Shown here: positions 13,310 through 15,285 of the stretch, one piece after another
Position numbering within the stretch: position 1 is the stretch's first letter
Layout: every line of letters starts with the position of its first letter
NCBI GenBank assembly: GCA_041736305.1
Contig: JBGSTX010000001.1
Span: forward strand, 1 to 15,285
Length of the DNA: 15,285 bases
Source: Oligoflexus sp.
Lineage (GTDB): Bacteria > Bdellovibrionota_B > Oligoflexia > Oligoflexales > Oligoflexaceae
Direction of reading: 5' to 3'
Notes under the pieces: generated by a model
The model's database searches: none
Told to the model about the DNA's origin: nothing
What the model saw: only the letters and a program-made list of their open reading frames with translations
Position numbers and translations under genes: made by a program

Positions 13310-14899
13310 CTAAGGCTGAGCCGCAGCGCGCATCGGACCAGGTTCAGACGAAGACTGAGACTGCTCAAGCTTAGCCTCTTTGGCAAAACGCTTGACTACG
13401 CCCTCGACCGCGAGACTCGAACTCTGGAGCAAGGTCTGCGGCCAAAGGCCAAGACCGACAATGAAGGTCGCCAATACCGTCGCGACGAGCCCTTCGCTAA
13501 ATCCAAGGTCGAGCCGACTGGCTTTTGCGTCTTCATGGCCTCGCTTCTTGTCTACGCCGAACATAGTCTTCTGGTAAATGTTGAGCATGTACATCGCGCC
13601 CAGCACCATACCCGTAGTCGCCAAGACTGTGGGCCAGACGTGGGTGCGGAAGCTGGCCATCAAAACCATGAATTCGCCTACGAATCCATTCGTTCCTGGC
13701 AAGGCCACCGACGAGAGAGAAAAGATCATGAAGAATACGGCCAGGACCGGCGCTGTGCGAGCCCAGCCGCCGAAAGCCTGCAGCTCTTGACTGCCCCGCC
13801 TCTGCTCCAGCCAAGCGGCGATGAGAAAGAGGCCCGCAATGATGATCCCATGATTGGCCATCTGCATGAGAGCGCCGCTGATGCCAGGGCCTTGCATCGA
13901 AAACAAACCCAGCAGAATGTAGCTGACGTGGGACAGCGATGAGTAAGCGATCGCCGTCTTGAGGTTAGTCTGCGCCAAAGCTAGAAGAGCACCATAAACG
14001 ATGCCGATAGCGGCCATCCACATGAGGACCGACGAAAAAGCCTGCATCGCGTCGGGAAAGAGCGGCAGCATGATTTTCATAATTCCATAGGTACCCATTT
14101 TCGAGAGTATCGCCGCCAGGTAGATGGTGACGATAGGCGGTGCCTGGGTATAGGTCGAAGGCAGCCAGCCGTGCAATGGCACCAAGGGTGATTTAACAAA
14201 GAAGGCTGCACCGAAGGCCAGGAAAAGCAGGCCCTGCGTGGAGAAGAGCCCGCCGCCAGCGCTGCGATCGAAGGGCAAACTTAGTTTGGCGAGATCGGCC
14301 ATCGCCGCCGACGGCGCTCCGCCGTTGAGCTGCTGCTGATAAATCAACCATGCGATACCGAGCAGCATGAGCAGAGATCCAGCAAAGGTGTAGAGAAAGA
14401 ACTGCAGAGTAGCTCGAGCGCGACCTTCGCCACCGTACATGCCGACGAGCAAATAGGCTGGTACCAGGATAATTTCCCAGAAGACGTAGAAAAGCAGCAA
14501 ATCCTGACTCAAAAATGTCCCCAAAGCGCCGGTTTCCATCAGGAGAACCATAGCGCTCATAGTCTTCTGCCGAGCGCTTGAACCATCGATCATCGTCCAA
14601 GTACCGAGAATGATCAGCGGCGTGAGAATAGTCGTTAGCAAGACCAGAGGCAGATTCAGTCCATCGAGAGCGACCGAGTAGCTAGCGCCCATCAGCGGCA
14701 GCCAGGGAGTCTGCTGCGAAAGTCCTGCAGAAGCCGCCGTACCGAAGCGAGACCAGGCTACCAAGGCAAGGACGGCCACCAGAGAGCTAGAGAGCAGAGC
14801 CACAGGTCGCGACCAGCCGGCAAGGGAGCGCGGAACGATCAAGATCACGCAGGCAGCAATAGCAGGAAAAAATATGATCCAGTTAATCAGATGATTCAT
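13310..14899 (-). CDS. nuoM: NADH-quinone oxidoreductase subunit M
   Basis: LDGLNLPLVLLT, FYVFWEIILVP, VKSPLVPLHGWLP, LSKMGTYG, AYSSLSH, LPGTNGFVGEF. The start ATG 14899 overlaps the nuoL stop (ATGA). Confidence 0.95.
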   Translation of the reverse strand: MNHLINWIIFFPAIAACVILIVPRSLAGWSRPVALLSSSLVAVLALVAWSRFGTAASAGLSQQTPWLPLMGASYSVALDGLNLPLVLLTTILTPLIILGTWTMIDGSSARQKTMSAMVLLMETGALGTFLSQDLLLFYVFWEIILVPAYLLVGMYGGEGRARATLQFFLYTFAGSLLMLLGIAWLIYQQQLNGGAPSAAMADLAKLSLPFDRSAGGGLFSTQGLLFLAFGAAFFVKSPLVPLHGWLPSTYTQAPPIVTIYLAAILSKMGTYGIMKIMLPLFPDAMQAFSSVLMWMAAIGIVYGALLALAQTNLKTAIAYSSLSHVSYILLGLFSMQGPGISGALMQMANHGIIIAGLFLIAAWLEQRRGSQELQAFGGWARTAPVLAVFFMIFSLSSVALPGTNGFVGEFMVLMASFRTHVWPTVLATTGMVLGAMYMLNIYQKTMFGVDKKRGHEDAKASRLDLGFSEGLVATVLATFIVGLGLWPQTLLQSSSLAVEGVVKRFAKEAKLEQSQSSSEPGPMRAAAQP

Positions 14900-15285
14900 A
14901 CGCGCGTCCATAAGAGAAGGAAACAGACCAGAGCTACTACGCCACCGCAAAGCGCCAAAGCGAAGAATTGAATATCGCCGTTCTGCAGAGCCTTCAGCCG
15001 ATCACCAGACCACAGCGACCCGCCGCCCATCCAAGTCCCAAAACTGAGGAACACGCGCGCCTCGAGGGCTTTCGCTAACCAATGTCCGGCTCGATGTAGT
15101 GGTTTAACGAACAAAAGATTGTAAAATTCGTCGATAAAATATTTGCCTTCGAGCAGTCGGCTGAGGCCGAGAGAAGGCAGACGAAAATTTTTCTGAAAGA
15201 GGCTGCGACCTATGCCGAGGCCGATAATTCCCAGCAAAACGGCCAAGACGGATACGGCCCACTCAGGCACAGCGCCCGCTTCGGG
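14896..15285 (-). CDS. nuoL: NADH-quinone oxidoreductase subunit L, C-terminal part (5' end outside the window)
   Basis: KYFIDEFYNLLFVKP and LQNGDIQFFAL match the NuoL C-terminal amphipathic helix and last TM; translationally coupled to nuoM; frame open to the window edge. Confidence 0.9.
   Translation of the reverse strand, partial: PEAGAVPEWAVSVLAVLLGIIGLGIGRSLFQKNFRLPSLGLSRLLEGKYFIDEFYNLLFVKPLHRAGHWLAKALEARVFLSFGTWMGGGSLWSGDRLKALQNGDIQFFALALCGGVVALVCFLLLWTRV

Noticed and set aside
5447-14600. Many alternative-frame and antisense ORFs within cti, cls, cmoM, terC, nuoN and nuoM (e.g. 9213-9836 +, 6680-7183 -)
   Set aside because: They fully overlap well-supported genes and show no recognisable motifs.

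Overview
Bacterial chromosomal window of roughly 50% GC. Gene content and style suggest a delta-like or Bdellovibrionota/Oligoflexia organism, but that is inference only. No mobile element, CRISPR array, rRNA or tRNA was seen. From left to right it holds: an NtrC-family sigma-54 response regulator (minus strand, runs off the left edge, absent from the ORF track); upp; a BON protein plus glycine-zipper general-stress protein operon converging on a DUF883/ElaB-like gene; a small membrane ORF behind a perfect sigma-28 promoter; a secreted hypothetical protein; a divergent heme-c fatty-acid cis/trans isomerase (Cti family); a small secreted coiled-coil ORF broken by one in-frame TAG; cardiolipin synthase; a SmtA/CmoM methyltransferase; a TerC-family protein; and the 3' end of the nuo operon (nuoL partial, nuoM, nuoN). 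The most interesting signals are regulatory. (1) Both general-stress units carry -24/-12 sigma-54 promoters, and one has tandem TGTC-N10 enhancer-like palindromes that fit the GlrR-like HTH of the neighbouring activator, suggesting a sigma-54-driven general-stress module. (2) A long hairpin sequesters the cti ribosome-binding site (candidate RNA thermometer or switch). (3) A compact divergent promoter region carries sigma-54, sigma-70 and sigma-28 signatures.
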